Positions 12,640-25,668 of a stretch of 64,000 nt of DNA are shown one piece after another. Both the position numbers and the translations under genes were made by a program. How positions within the stretch are numbered: the first letter of the stretch is position 1; the number at the start of each line of letters is the position of its first letter. The stretch comes from Gnetum montanum (lineage: Eukaryota > Plantae > Gnetophyta). Location: NCBI GenBank assembly GCA_015680685.1, contig MNCI01002485.1, positions 1,203,624 to 1,267,623 of the forward strand, in the 5' to 3' direction. A model generated the notes under the pieces. It saw nothing but the letters and a program-made list of their open reading frames with translations. It searched no databases and was not told the DNA's origin.

Positions 12640-13437
12640 TATAGCATCCCTACTAATTAGCTATAAAATATCCTATAACTAACTAATAGAGATGTTATTA
12701 ATCTCCAAGGATCTAGATTTAGCCTTGAACTACTAATTGAAAAGAAGTGGTAAAATAGATAAAAATTATTATTTAGAATCATAAACACAATACAGTAATA
12801 TAGCATAGAAAAATTTTAGATTACTTACATACTTAATTAAGTATAATTTATTTAATACAAGGAAAATTTTATGTAGCCACAAAAATATAGATGTCTAAAA
12901 ATTTCACCAATTGCAATATAAAATAGTACACAAAATAATGATCCAAATGATACCTTTTTCATCTTGTTTGGACATCTAGACATAAAGATATTTAAATTTT
13001 AATTTTACCAATTAATTAATAAAATTAAAGCTAATAATTAAATAAAATATTAATATATAATAAAAATATTAAAATTTCCAAAACATATAGCATGCACCAA
13101 AATGAAAAATATTTCTTATGACCTTATGATCCGAATGACATAGATAGAAAATTCACATCTATCATACTTTATTATTTATTCACAAAATATGTACATCACT
13201 TAAATATCCTAGAAGTGAGAAAGACTTTTATTTTATGCAAAGACAACATATACAAAAATTATTTTTCAAGTTGAGAAGGTCCATATTGTATAAAATTCAT
13301 CCATCTTTCATCCCATGTTCCTCTTTCAACCCTTGTCTATTATGGGCTCTCTGCATCGAAATGTAGGAGGAGTTAGAACTCCTCAAATAAGAAAGGTTAT
13401 TTTATTTACCTCTTCATGGAGCATAAAGGTTCTAGGC
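12640..13437 (-). repeat. C 3' LTR, segment 1
   Basis: Starts TATAGCATCCC, similar to TGTAACACCCC at 51482. Ends at the D target site TAGGC. Confidence 0.85.
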
Positions 13438-15337
13438 TAAAACATCACTAATTTTGGGCTCCTGTGACTCAACAGCAAATTTTTCCAAGTGTCAAAACTT
13501 GGATAAAATTTTTTCTAACTATGATGCTATGCTATGTAGTGTAGATAGCGTGGCACCCTGAAAGTCTTAACATTTGAAAATTTTTTTCTAAGTCTACCTA
13601 CTATGCTTCCCTGCATAGTTAGCATAGCATCCATTCCCAAGGCCAATTTGCACAAATATCAAGCCAAAAGTGGTTAAAAGGGCACTAAGGATGGACTCAA
13701 TAGTCTGGCAAATTTTCTATCTTTCAAGCTACCAAGCTTGTTACACTCTCCAGCTTGCCCAGCTTGACACATGTCCTAGTTTCCAATCTACCTAGGTGCT
13801 AGGCTAGGAGTTGTCAAGGATTCTCAGGATGGACAAAACAATTTGGCAACGGTTCTATCATTCAGGCTTGTTATGCTCTGCTACGCTACATAGCATAGCA
13901 GAGTGTAACATAGGTTTTGGGACTCAAATTTCCTAAGTTTTGGACTAGACATGGAAGGTATGTTTCGTAACTTTTTTACTTCCAAGACTGCTTGTCCTAC
14001 TTCATCCTTGGAGTGTGATCAACGTCCCATGGAAAAACATTGCAAGTTTTGTCAAAATTCATCCAAAATCTGGTGCTACACTCTACTACATTGCATAGCA
14101 TAGATAGCATAGTAGAGGGGCCAGGGTCCATAAATTTATCAAGTATGAAACAAGGAGGTATCAGGGTATTCTAACATGGAAGGTGCATTTTCTGATCACT
14201 AAAGTTATCTATCTTGCTACATCACACAGTGGCATTTTTAGTTTCGACAAAATTCATGGGAAAATAGGTGCTCTGCTATGCAGTGTAGAGAGCATAGCAA
14301 GCCAAAATCACCAAATTTTCTTAAGTGTTTATGCTACACTTCATCATGCTAGGTAGCGTAGATAGCGTAACACATGGAAAACACCTCCAAATGCCTCCAA
14401 AAGATTGCAAAACTTAGCATCGACCTTCATTTCAGCTCTGACATCTCTTAGGTAGCTAAAATTAGCAATTTTCTTTATTTTTGCACCTCCTGTTGATCCG
14501 AAAAATTATCTTTACACTTGATCCTACTCGGAAGAGGAGGAAAGACATAGTTCTGAAGCGTAGGCTCCAAGTTGCATTTGTTTTGGGCATCTTGTAGGTA
14601 CATGGCAGTTCTTTAGACTTTGGCACATGAGATTTGGGCAATATGGTCATAGTTTAATAGATTTTTAGTCCCTATTCTTGTCCTATTAAGCGTAGCACCA
14701 TTAATCTTTACACTTTGAGCATAGCACATCAATGTGACACATCCACATTCATGCTAGGTGGGACCCAGGACATGTGGCATCGAACCCACATCTCCTGACA
14801 ACCCTGGCTCTATAAATACCTTAGTAATTAACATTCTAAGGGTGGTTGGCTTTGGCAGTTGGATTTGGTAGAAGATTGCTAAGAAAAAGGTTAATGAGTA
14901 GAAAATATTAGCATTAGAGCATTCCTGACACTACATGCTAGTTTTACACATCATTTAATCAAAATTCATGCTCCCCCAATCTTGGGGTGGTTCATTTTCT
15001 CACCTAAACTCATTCCATTTTTTATATAGCATACATTTCAAATTGTTAGTGTATTTGTTATTTCTATTATTAATATGCATTAAGACACTCACATTGATGA
15101 AATCTCATTATTATACATGTTATGCTCTTTGCTTGTTCTGACTCCCATGCATGATGCTCTAAAAACACCATTCACAAATGGTTATTAGACACCATGTAAG
15201 TTCCTATCTAATCGACTAGACCGTTCAGGGTGCCCCATTTATTTTTTCTCCAACACAACCCTCCCATGGACTTGGGGTTAGGCTATACATTTTATGACCT
15301 CTTAATATTCCATCCACTGACATTTTTAGATGCTAAA
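13438..15337 (+). repeat. D 5' LTR (~1.9 kb)
   Basis: Direct repeat of 31079..33101. TATA CTATAAATA near 14810. Termini decayed to TA...AA. Confidence 0.9.
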
Positions 15338-15342
15338 ATTTT

Positions 15343-15359
15343 TGGTGATAAAAGGAGGG
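15343..15359 (+). promoter_or_regulatory. Primer binding site of D (Tat/Ogre type)
   Basis: TGGTGATAAAAGGAGGG resembles TGGCGCTAGAAGGAGGG and lies 5 nt after the LTR. Confidence 0.7.
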
Positions 15360-15828
15360 CCTTCCTGTTCCTTCTATGTGCCACGGGTAGTCCTACGTGC
15401 TTTTCTATACCTCCACTACTAGCAACAGGATAGCATAAACATGACACCCTTGTGGACCTACTATGGTAGTAGCTAGATCATAGGCCAGTGTAGGAGTTGT
15501 TTATGTTTTGGTCAATGCATATTGGTCCTGGTTGATGATTCCACTAGAACCATGTAAGACGAAAAGCCCAAAAATCTGTACTGCATTAATCTCTATGTTC
15601 CATGTAGTGTGACACATGTAGTGTAAAAACCCTATTAGTATGACAATCCCACCTAGCATAGCGAGCATAACAACACAAGTTACTATTTTTTTAGCATTTT
15701 TAGGCTTTTTCATTTTTGGCCTATTTTTGGTACAACTTACCTATTTAAGCATTTTAGCTTAAAATTTACTGTATTTCACCATTTCTCACAAGTTTCTTTA
15801 CTTCTTACATCCTTTTTGACACAGTAGA

Positions 15829-18800
15829 AATGAACCCAACTAGCACCTAAACTGCTACCTTGAGCTTGGAGATAGCTCATCCCTTATAACATGTGACAAA
15901 TATTGAGCAACCTCTTAGCCTAGTGCACCCACAATGGCAGTCTCTTCGATTTCAACATCAATTGCTCAAATGCATGCCACATGATGAGGAGTGATACAAC
16001 TTCTTATGTGCAAAGATCCAAGTGGGCCTTTAATTGGACCACCAGGAATTTGAAGAAAAGTGCAATTTTGAAATCATTCACTAGAACGGAAGGGAGTTCC
16101 TTCCTACTCCTAATGCCATCATACCACTCACTAAAATGTTTCAATGGATATTAAACCAACATATTCAATTTAGTGGGACAAAAGAGTGAGACATGGTATC
16201 TCACTATGAACAGCCCCTCCACAATGGGTAAGAGGAGTTTGAATCCCATTCTAAAGGTGGTAGCCCACTCTACGCCATAGCCTCACAGTCTACCTCTATA
16301 TTCCTTTCATACCAATCACAATCCTCCACCTCTTTTGTCATGGCTACAATGCTTCCACAACCCAAACCTTTATTGGTTGTAGGTAGCCATCAAATGTTAT
16401 CAATGCAATAGCATGTAGGGCCTTCAGCCTTCTTTCCCTTTATTATGCCTTCACAATCAATCCAATTTTCGTAGCCAACATCTATGATGCCTCTGTTACC
16501 ATACGTAGATATTATGCCTACATCAAAACCCTAAATGATCCCTATTTCCATTACTTCCTCTACACCAATTTCACTACCAGTAGTAGCTTGAACCTCAACT
16601 ACATGGTGGGTAGAGACGTCCTTTCCTACTATCTAGTTATCTCAGACACCACAGTATATGCAGCCCCAAATGTATTGAGCTTCACATATGGTGCAGCCAA
16701 CTACAAGGTTGTGAGCTACTTTGGCAATGGAGTAGGTAACCATTCCCACAGCACCACCAATGGTAGTCACTTTGGCGGCATCAGCCACAGGGTTGTGGGC
16801 TGCTCAGACAGTGCCATCGATGGGAGCTACTCCAATAGCAACCCCAATGGGAATGGTAGTGGCACCAACAGTACCACCAATGATGGCTACTTCGATAGTG
16901 CCACTGGTAGTCCAACTAATGCAACCTTGCAAAACACCTCTGGGTCTAGACCAAGCCTTTCAACTTATTCAAACCCTCACCGATGAAGTCAAGTGGCTTA
17001 AAGTTGCCAACTCTGAAATAGTCCATGTAATGAACTTTTATCAGGATGATCCTATTAGCCCCATCGTGCCTCTACTCATGTTGCCTCCCAGAATTCATCT
17101 CCCTTAATTTACAAAATACAACAAAGAGGTTGATCCAAAATCTCACCTAGTTACTTTTCAATATGAATCCTTATTACTACAACCATGGATGCATGCAATT
17201 ATTCATGTATTTTCCATGTCCTTGATTGGAAAATCTTTAGATTGGTATCACGTGCTTCCTCGCACCTCTATTTCAACTCTAGAAGAATTGCTAAGTCAAC
17301 TTGTGACTCGTTTCAAATACAACTTGAAGCTAGAAGCCACCTTAGATTAACTCATGAATGTCAAATAAGAAGCGTTATAACTTGTCCAAAAATTGATACA
17401 ACATTGGAGTGCTACCTTAAATGAGATCCATGAGCTGATAGTTGAATCCCATCTACTGGGCATTTTTAAGGGTGTTGTAAATGGCTTCACCAAGTCCAAG
17501 CTATACTATTTAGTGCCATGCTCCCTTAGCCAGGTCTTTGCCTAGAAAAAAAGCATACAAGATGTAGTTGAGGCTAGCAGAGACCCCACTTACATAACTT
17601 ACAAGAACACACATGCAAGGAAAGATAAAGAAAAAGGAAAGGCCACTACAACCACTGTGGCTACTATGGCAAGTGAAGCCAAAAACAACAATAGATAGGT
17701 AGCTAAGGTGCCTAAGACCTCGACCACCACCAGCAAAACATCAAGTTCTAGTAATGTGGGGACCAACCAACCCATGATGTCAATAGCCCCAATGTAGACT
17801 TCACCGAGGCTAAACTTTGAGCATAAGGATTGCTCCAAATACACCCCTCTATCGATTAAGTCATCAAAGCTTTTAGACCAATTACTTAGTGTCAGGCACA
17901 TTCAATATAAGCAAATGTCTAAATATTCCCATAGGTAGCATGAGAGGTACTGTGAGATCATTGAGCCCCAAGTACCTAAGAATTTTAGGCTAGATCAATT
18001 TTGCAACTACCACCAATTGTGTGGCCAGGATACAAATTTCTTCTTAGTATTAAAAGATGATGTTCAATGTATGATTAATTAGGGTAAGTTGGTCCTTGAC
18101 CAAAATAGTCCTATTCAGCCAGAGAACCAATCTATGAATGTCTATAAGGAGCTACTAAACACTAGAAATGTAGGTTATATCATTAACGCTATTAGCGTTG
18201 AGAAAAATTTAGAGTCAACACGTTTATGTACCTTCCTGAGGTGCTAAAACTTCAGTCTCACCTAGGCCATAGGCCCCTTTGGTCATTAAGGTATTGCCAT
18301 AGAGGCCCTTCACATCCTTCATAGTTAGGGCTCCTCAACATGCTACTACAACAACTTAGGCACCCTTTCTTATAAGGGTGCCAAAACATACAGATTCCCC
18401 CTCTATCCAAAGTCTAGTGGTGGTAATTGCATCACAACCTTCTCACTCGAAGAGGCTTGATGAATGTCTAGCAAATAAGATGACTAGGGAACACACCACA
18501 CTAGGCCCCCCTAAGCCCGTCCCTTTGTTGGCAATCCCTATGGCCTTATTGCCAAAAGCCACTTGCACACACACACACACACAAAAACAACAACAACCAA
18601 TCCCTGAGGCTCAAAATCCCATAGTTCAACCAAAAGCCTCATCTCCTCCCCCTTGGGAAATCTATCTTTTAGGACATATAGAGGAAACAAAAACCACCAA
18701 ACACCTAGATAGTGGACAAGATTTCTTAGACACACCCAAAAAAGTTAGATAGGATTTAAAATAGAAAAATAAAACTTTAAGTTTATACAATTTAATAATG

Positions 18801-19613
18801 ACTTCTATAGCACATCTTGAGGCTTTAATATGCATGTTGGCATCTATTCCTATTAAGGAAGATATGCTAGTAGAGGAAAGAGGCATCCATGTTATCATGC
18901 TACCACCTATGGCTAAAGAGCCATGATCAACCCCTTTAACTTTTCATGATGAAGCCATTAAAGTTGATCCCAAAAGGGGTCAAGTAACCACTACCCCTAT
19001 GTTTATAACAATTTTTGTAGGTCAATATAGGATTCGTAGGGTACACGTTGATGACAAGGAAATAACCAACATAATTTCTTTTTCTATTGTTGACAAGCTA
19101 GACCTTGTGGATCAAATTAGGCCCACAATAACTTCTTGTTTGATGTCATTCAATGGGGCATGCATCATGGTCAAAGGAACCATTACTATCGATTTCATGG
19201 CAGGGGATCAGTTTTCCACTACTGCAAAATTCACTATGATAGAAGAAATGCCTAAGTTCAATTTAATTTTAGGATGATCTTGGTTAGCCTAATTAATGGT
19301 TGTCTCTTCACTAATATACCAAGAGATCCACTTACCCTATGTAGGTGGAGAGGTGGTGATCTTTGGTGATGATGTAGCCCCTCAAGCCATCAACAATATA
19401 GATACAAAGCAAGGGTGAAAGATAGAAGTCTCCAAAGATACATCACCTATTTGCAATACAATCCAACATTATTCAGCAAACGAACCAAGCAAAACTAATG
19501 ATTTGTGTGAAAAACCTGCATGGGAAAAGTTGCCTTTTTTAATGGCAAATGACAACCTAGAAGACTATCACCTCAAGTCTTCTAGGCCCTATGCCTCCCC
19601 TAATACACATCAG
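15829..19613 (+). pseudogene. gag-pro: D gag-protease
   Basis: P/T/M-rich N-terminus. P*FTKYNKEVDPKSHL gag motif near 17100. CNYHQLCGQDTN CHHC-type knuckle near 18002. IRRVHVDD...NII and FNLILG*SWL protease motifs. The frame runs to a CAG/GTTAGG donor. Confidence 0.85.
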
Positions 19614-19737
19614 GTTAGGAAAAATTTATATTATTAGGGCACATCCCTAGCTTACTTCTCTACTTCTTTTATCTTTAACACTTTTGTTTGTACATTTTCA
19701 ATTTTGTGTTGTGTTTACCTTTCATGTTAGTTATACT

Positions 19738-19945
19738 GCCATGGCCTAGAATGGACTTAAACTATTGCATGGCCTACCAAGGCCTAAATCTAGTAGACCA
19801 CTTTTTGTGTTAAGGTCGTGGCTAGTTTAAGGTCATTTCAGGCCATGTCCTTAAACTAGCCATGGCCTAGAATAGCCTTAAACTAGCCATAGCTCGAAAC
19901 AGCGTTAAACTAGCCATGGCCTGAAATGTCCTTAAACTATAGCAT
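19738..19945. repeat. 27-bp tandem array with core CTTAAACTAGC, including one inverted copy (19821-19847)
   Basis: CATGGCCTAGAATAGCCTTAAACTAGC-like units, plus the inverted GCTAGTTTAAGGTCATTTCAGGCCATG. Confidence 0.9.
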
Positions 19946-20119
19946 GGGGCCCACAAGGGGCCTAACTACATCAACAAAAATTCCAAGCAAAAGAAATAGA
20001 ATAAATATCATACTTTTTATTAAACTGTAAATTCAACTATAAATGAAACACATAGTCTATAATTATGTCCATATTCAAAGTTGAAACATTGCCCAACAAT
20101 TGGGTTACATTTCAAAAAT

Positions 20120-23100
20120 TTTAAAAATAGGCTATGGCTTCTCTCCTTTGTCTTTATCCACCACCCTACTAGGTCTTACATCCTCATCTAGATCCTGCAT
20201 AAATCAAGGATAAAACAATAAACCAAAGAGTGATTAAGGCAATGCATGAGGCTATCATGAAATAAATTGCAATAAAGACTTGCTTAACCTAAGATGGGTC
20301 CACATCCATGTTTGGTGGTATTTTTTCAAGGCTAGATAACAAGCACCGAAGGATTTCTTCCTCAGTCAAATTTTCCAATCTTCCTCCCCCAAATCAATGT
20401 CTACTAAGATTTTCCCTTTCTCCACAATCATCCATATAGGTGGCCCTAGAGAAAACATAGCAAATGTGGCCTCTTCAAAAGGCATGGTCATTTCCCTCTG
20501 AGAAGATTCACTAACCACTAAGTATTTTGAAAATCTATCATAGGCCTGGGTAGCACTAATCACATCAAGGAATAGCTCATGACCTCGTCATTCTATAGAT
20601 GCATCTCTATACTTTTGGTGGTAAGTGGCACATTCCATTTTGTACATATGATTATGATTATTTTGTGCTTACCCCCATTCATATACCTTGGCTCTATAAT
20701 CTTTCCAATATTGATTATTTTGAGCCAAGAGATCCATTTGCAAGCATTGTTCAATCACTTCATGTGTGGCTTCATTTTTACCCCTTACAATCAACCAATA
20801 TATGGCGTAATCAATGATGACCATACGCCAATTATCATCTGAGTTATCACGGGCCATTAAGAATTTGTTTCACGACTACAAGTCTTCTAGCTCAGTATCT
20901 TGACTCTCCTTTTCTTTTTCAAGTTTCTAGACTCGCTTCCAAAGATCTTCATTGACATGCCTACACTCCCATAGTGATCGTGCTGAGTGTAATGCACATT
21001 TTCTAGCCTCATCATATATATGATGAGGCACCTCCATTATCTCTAATGGGAGTTTGGGCACAGCTTCAACTTCAACCATCCTTCTTGGGTCCCATTTAAG
21101 TCATGAAGTTGTTATACCAAAAATAAGAAAATGTTAATCATAAGGCTATAAAAAAAATTAAAAAAATGAAACAACATAAAAAGAAAATACATTAGCCCAA
21201 ACACCCCTATCTCAGGATTGATTTGCTTTAAGTGATTGATCATATCATCCACTACACCTTGCATAAAAGCAAACTTATCTGGGGTTTCTGCCCATGGTTG
21301 TAGGTAGAAAGTGGATGAAGACTTAGGGCCCCTAGCAGAAGTATCACCCACTATGCAATAAATCATGTTAGCATTATGAGGAAAAGAAGAAAGAGAAGAG
21401 GAAAACAACAAAAAAAATAAACAAATAGAAGAGGATGAGAGGAAAGAGGAAAAATAAGAGCATAACATAAATAGCAATGCAAAGTTCCTACGTAGCAAAC
21501 CCTCAGGGGTGAGAGTGGGGGGATCACCCATCTACACACTATCAAACAAACTAGCAAAGTCACCATCCTCAAAATGCAACCCCTCTTCTTTGAGCTACCT
21601 TAAGAGTGTGGTGGCTTCCTCAGCTATCATATGTCTCTAAAAACTATGGGACACTTTCTACAAAGGGTTCCTCTTCCCCTGGGGCTTCCCATTCTATAGT
21701 AGGGGCCTTCTCTTCTATAGCAGGGACTTCTTGTTCTATAGCAAAGGCCTCCTCTTCCACAGTAGGGGCCTCCTCTTTGACAGTAGAGGCCTCTTCCTCA
21801 TCTATCATTTGTAAGCCAGGGTTAGAGTGTTGGTCCAACATATGTATATATATATGTGTTTATGTGTGTATATATATATAAAGAGAAGTAAGAAATGGAC
21901 TAGCTAAAACATACACATCATTAAACTTAAACCACACATTGCAAACTCTGATGTGTAGCCTTTTACCCCTTGTTTCGATCATGTGTGAGGGTTCCTCCAT
22001 AGGACAAGGCTTTTTATTTTACAACTTTGATTTTATCATCTTTGTAATGAGATGTGTCCCCCTCACTATGTTTCGTATGTTGGGGAAAAGCCTCTCCAAG
22101 GCTATCATGCACATAGAAGGATGGTCCTGTCTGATCCTTGGTGGTCATTGAAAAAGACTTCTTGATAGCTTCCGAAGGATCTTGAGATTGAGTGATGTAG
22201 AATATGTGATGGACCCATGGTTTAGACATTTAGGCATAGTCCTATATCACCCAAATACCATTTTAACAAACCACTAAAAACTCCACAAACCTACACAAAC
22301 ATGCTATAGAAAATGCAAAGTGCACATGAAAACATGGCTCAAGTTTTTTGGGCAACCTAATCATTTCAGCCCATAAGTCTTCTATGACATATCTAGCCCA
22401 ATTGTATCACATCTCTTCTTCCATTACATCCATCATGATCCATGCTTGCTCCACCCCAAGAATTTTGTCTTGGAAAAGTAGCTTGGGAAAAGCATGAGCT
22501 CAAAAAATGGGTTAAATATATTGGGCTACCAATAATTTAACTTTTTTATGTAAATTCCTTTGTGATCCTTATCAGTGCCTAGCCACTCTTCGATGTCCCC
22601 TTGATGGTTCAAATCCTTACTACTCTTTTCGCTCACAGGTAAATCATCGGAGGGGACATTGAAGAGATTGGAAAAGAGATCATTAGTGATCTCAAAGACC
22701 ACTCACAAGTTTTGAACATGCATGAAAAAATGATCAACACTTTCTATAAAGGAATCAACGAGGGTAATTATTTCTGCTACTAGGATGCTTGGGTTCATAG
22801 CCAAAAAGAGGTTTGTAAGCCCAGCCTCTTGAACATTGTGGACAATTGTTGTTGAGGCCTCATTGCATAACCAACACTGTGACTCATCTATCTTATTATA
22901 TTTAAAGAGAAGGTTCACCTCAATACACCCTGAGGCAATCACTGTAACCTCCTAGGATTTGGCTACTACTATAGTAACCAAAAATAGAATCGGCCATTTA
23001 ATGGAAGGGTAAAAAAAATCAAGAATACATGAAAATAAACACATAACATAGCTTTCCTAGCACAAATTGTGTGGGGAATGATGGCACTTGAACTAACATT

Positions 23101-23870
23101 TCTTCCATAGTGGGTATCTGGCCAAATGCCCACTCAACATCTAGCCACCCTAGATCTTGACATTTTACAAAGGATTTAGAGTACTTTGTTGGGTAAGTCT
23201 TCATGTCTACCCCAAGTTGCTCTATGACTCTAGCATGTATGTTCTCAATTGTTGAGAACTCTCGTAGCATCGTTTGGACGAGGGCTAATACCCCCTCTCT
23301 ATCATGGAGATCGTCATCATAAATCTGGTAATGGATAAAATAGCAATAAGCATTCTGAATCATACAAGGCAAACAAAATGAAATTTTCATCAACCCAATA
23401 AGGCTTACCCTCTAGCATAGTAGATAGTTCCAAGTGGATTTTGAAAATTTGTGTCCACATGGCATGTGATAGAAAAAGTATTATATTTATGATAGCATTT
23501 TAATTCAGCCATTTCCCAAATCCAGTACAAAGGTCTTAGGCCTTTTGGGTGTTGACTTGAGCTCCCTGCCCTTTCGCCCTCAAAAGATACATTTATCATG
23601 AATTTCAAAGTGCCTCAATTTGCCCCAAGCAATAAGGTCTCAACTAGTACACCTGCTACTTCAGTAGATAGATGTGACCACATCATAATGCTAAAGTGGT
23701 GAAGTAGGAATTCCAAGAACTCTTTTGCACCCTCTCAAAACCAAACTGCCTAGTCTCCTACTCATGCATGTGGTGCAAGGACATTGGGCATAGGGATGCT
23801 TATACAACATAAGACCCCTACAAGCTCAACTACAATGAGGACTGGCTTCAGCATGATCCTACATTATCAC
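20120..23870 (-). pseudogene. Antisense multi-exon accessory gene inside the D intron (PMD-like/plant transposon protein-like domain, acidic 7-aa repeats, coiled coil)
   Basis: Chained minus-strand ORFs 23405..23608, 23019..23393, 22703..22942, 22014..22229, 21644..21841, 20669..20857 and 20366..20563. GT-AG introns at 23355-23408, 21351-21500 and 20195-20288, with degenerate ones near 22970-23056 and 21115-21205. Motifs AGLTNLF..FEITNDLFSNLFNVP and YNWARYV. Confidence 0.7.
21675..21800 (-). repeat. 21-bp coding tandem repeat (EEAPTVE-like) in the antisense gene
   Basis: ORF 21644..21841: EEASTVK EEAPTVE EEAFAIE QEVPAIE EKAPTIE. Confidence 0.85.
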
Positions 23871-25109
23871 ATCAAAAATGTCAGTATTGAAATGGGGACA
23901 ACAAAAATAACAAAAGTAGATGGTAAATAACACAAAAAAACTCCTTTTTCTCTCAAAAAATTTTCTAAGTGTTGGTCACACTTCCTAGAGCATGACAAAT
24001 CATTTTCTAACTATTGGTTACACTCCCATATAGTGTAACAGTTCTAAAGCAAAATTTTTGCTAAGTGTTCACCATGCTACTATGGAGCGTAAAAACTATA
24101 GGATAGGTAGTCAAACAAAACTTTTCAAACTATTCATCCCGCCTCTATGGCATTCCACATAGTGTAGCAACTATGGTATTCCAAGTAGCATAGCAACTGT
24201 ATCCCATGTAGTGTAGCAATAGTGTAGCATAGTATCATGTGTAGTGTAGCAAGCATCATGCTCCCAGAGAGTGTAGTGATGCAAACAAGAAAACACTTCT
24301 AGCTTGCTAGTTATGAAATCAGGGACAATGTAGCCTAAGGGCCAACACGGGACACCTACAAAACCCTTGCCCTGTTCCACCACATGGAACACATGAAGAA
24401 ACCTATTACACAATGCAAAATACATAGTATCAAAAATCCTCCCCACACTTCTTACACTACACAAGATGGATGAAACCCCCGTTTTGTACCATCATGCAGG
24501 ACAAAAGACCCTTGTTTTACCTCACCCCACCCAGCACCCAAGGGAATATGGAAAAACCCTTGCCATTATCCTAGTGTAGAGCATCATAAAGTAAAAGAGC
24601 GGGAAAATGGTGCATCCACCGCACCCAACCATGATGGCCACAGCATAATGGCCACAATGGCAGCAATAGCCATGGTGTTGTAGCCAAAGCAACAATGGTA
24701 GCTAAGGTGCATCAGCCATAGTGAAGGTGGTAGCAATAGCAATCCTCACTCAAGATGGATTGCCCCTAAAACCTAAGATAAATAAAAAGGAAAAAATGAA
24801 AAAAAATGATAACTAAAGAAACATGACAACCTACTGGGTAGATGGTGCATCCTGACACTCTACAATGCATGCTCTAGGGAGATGGAATAAGGTGCGCTCC
24901 CCTTCATCTACATTTACAAGGCCTAGGTGTCTACACTCATTTCTACATGCCATTTTCTTATTGTCAAGGTCTACCTTATCAGTTGTTATGCTCTGTAAGT
25001 GCTACACTCTCTTCTCTGGACTACGTTATGCTCTGTATTGTTAACTCTAACAATGAAAATGATTGGTTTACCATGTGTAAACCCTTATTTATACCTCCAA
25101 GGTTACATG

Positions 25110-25335
25110 ACATGTCACTTTTCCAGGACATCCTATTTCCCACAAGTAATGCATGATGTTCCATGTCCCACATGTAACACAGGATGCTTCATGTCCCATG
25201 CATAATGTAGGACATTCCATGTCCTGCGCATAACGCAAGATGCTTCATATCTCGTGCATAACGCAAGCATGTGTAATGCAAGATGTTCTATGTCCCATGC
25301 GTAACATGGAACATCCCATGTCTCATGCAGTGTAA
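25110..25335. repeat. 28-bp tandem array (GATGTTCCATGTCCCATGCATAACGCAG-like, ~7 copies)
   Basis: Successive 28-nt units read directly. Confidence 0.85.
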
Positions 25336-25467
25336 CACATATATTTTCTAAAAGAAAAAATTTTTAAAAAATTTTTACATTTCTTTTGCCTATTCAAGGA
25401 ACATTTAGTTCAATGCTATGCTCCAATCCTCTCAATTTTAGCTTAAGCTTTACACTTTATACATACT

Positions 25468-25612
25468 GTGGTCCACTAAGACCTTAAACTAGGAATTTAA
25501 AAAATTTTTTACACTTCACAGTGATGGTCCACTAAGATCTTGAACTAGCCACTTTGAAATTCTATTCATACTATATGCATAGTAACAATCTGCTAAGACC
25601 TTAAACTAGCAA
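25468..25612 (+). repeat. Three spaced copies of CTAAGACCTTAAACTAG(C) just upstream of the predicted acceptor
   Basis: Copies near 25476, 25532 and 25593. Confidence 0.9.
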
Positions 25613-25668
25613 TTTTGAGATACTGCATAGTTTCTTTGCATGCATTTTGCTTCATGTTGCTTTGTTAG

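Larger units (their letters stand above)
19614..25668 (+). other. Predicted ~6.05-kb intron between protease and RT of D
   Basis: Phase-0 donor CAG/GTTAGG and U-rich acceptor TTGCTTTGTTAG/G (alternative AG at 25672). Ogre elements are known to carry a PR-RT intron. Confidence 0.6.

Noticed and set aside
16588-16986. 132-aa S/N/G-rich ORF as a separate gene
   Set aside because: It is an alternative frame of D's low-complexity gag N-terminus.
19614-25668. Independent nested transposon inside D
   Set aside because: No LTRs, terminal inverted repeats, TSD or transposase were seen, and it shares motif arrays and LTR sub-motifs with D. This is not fully excluded without other copies.
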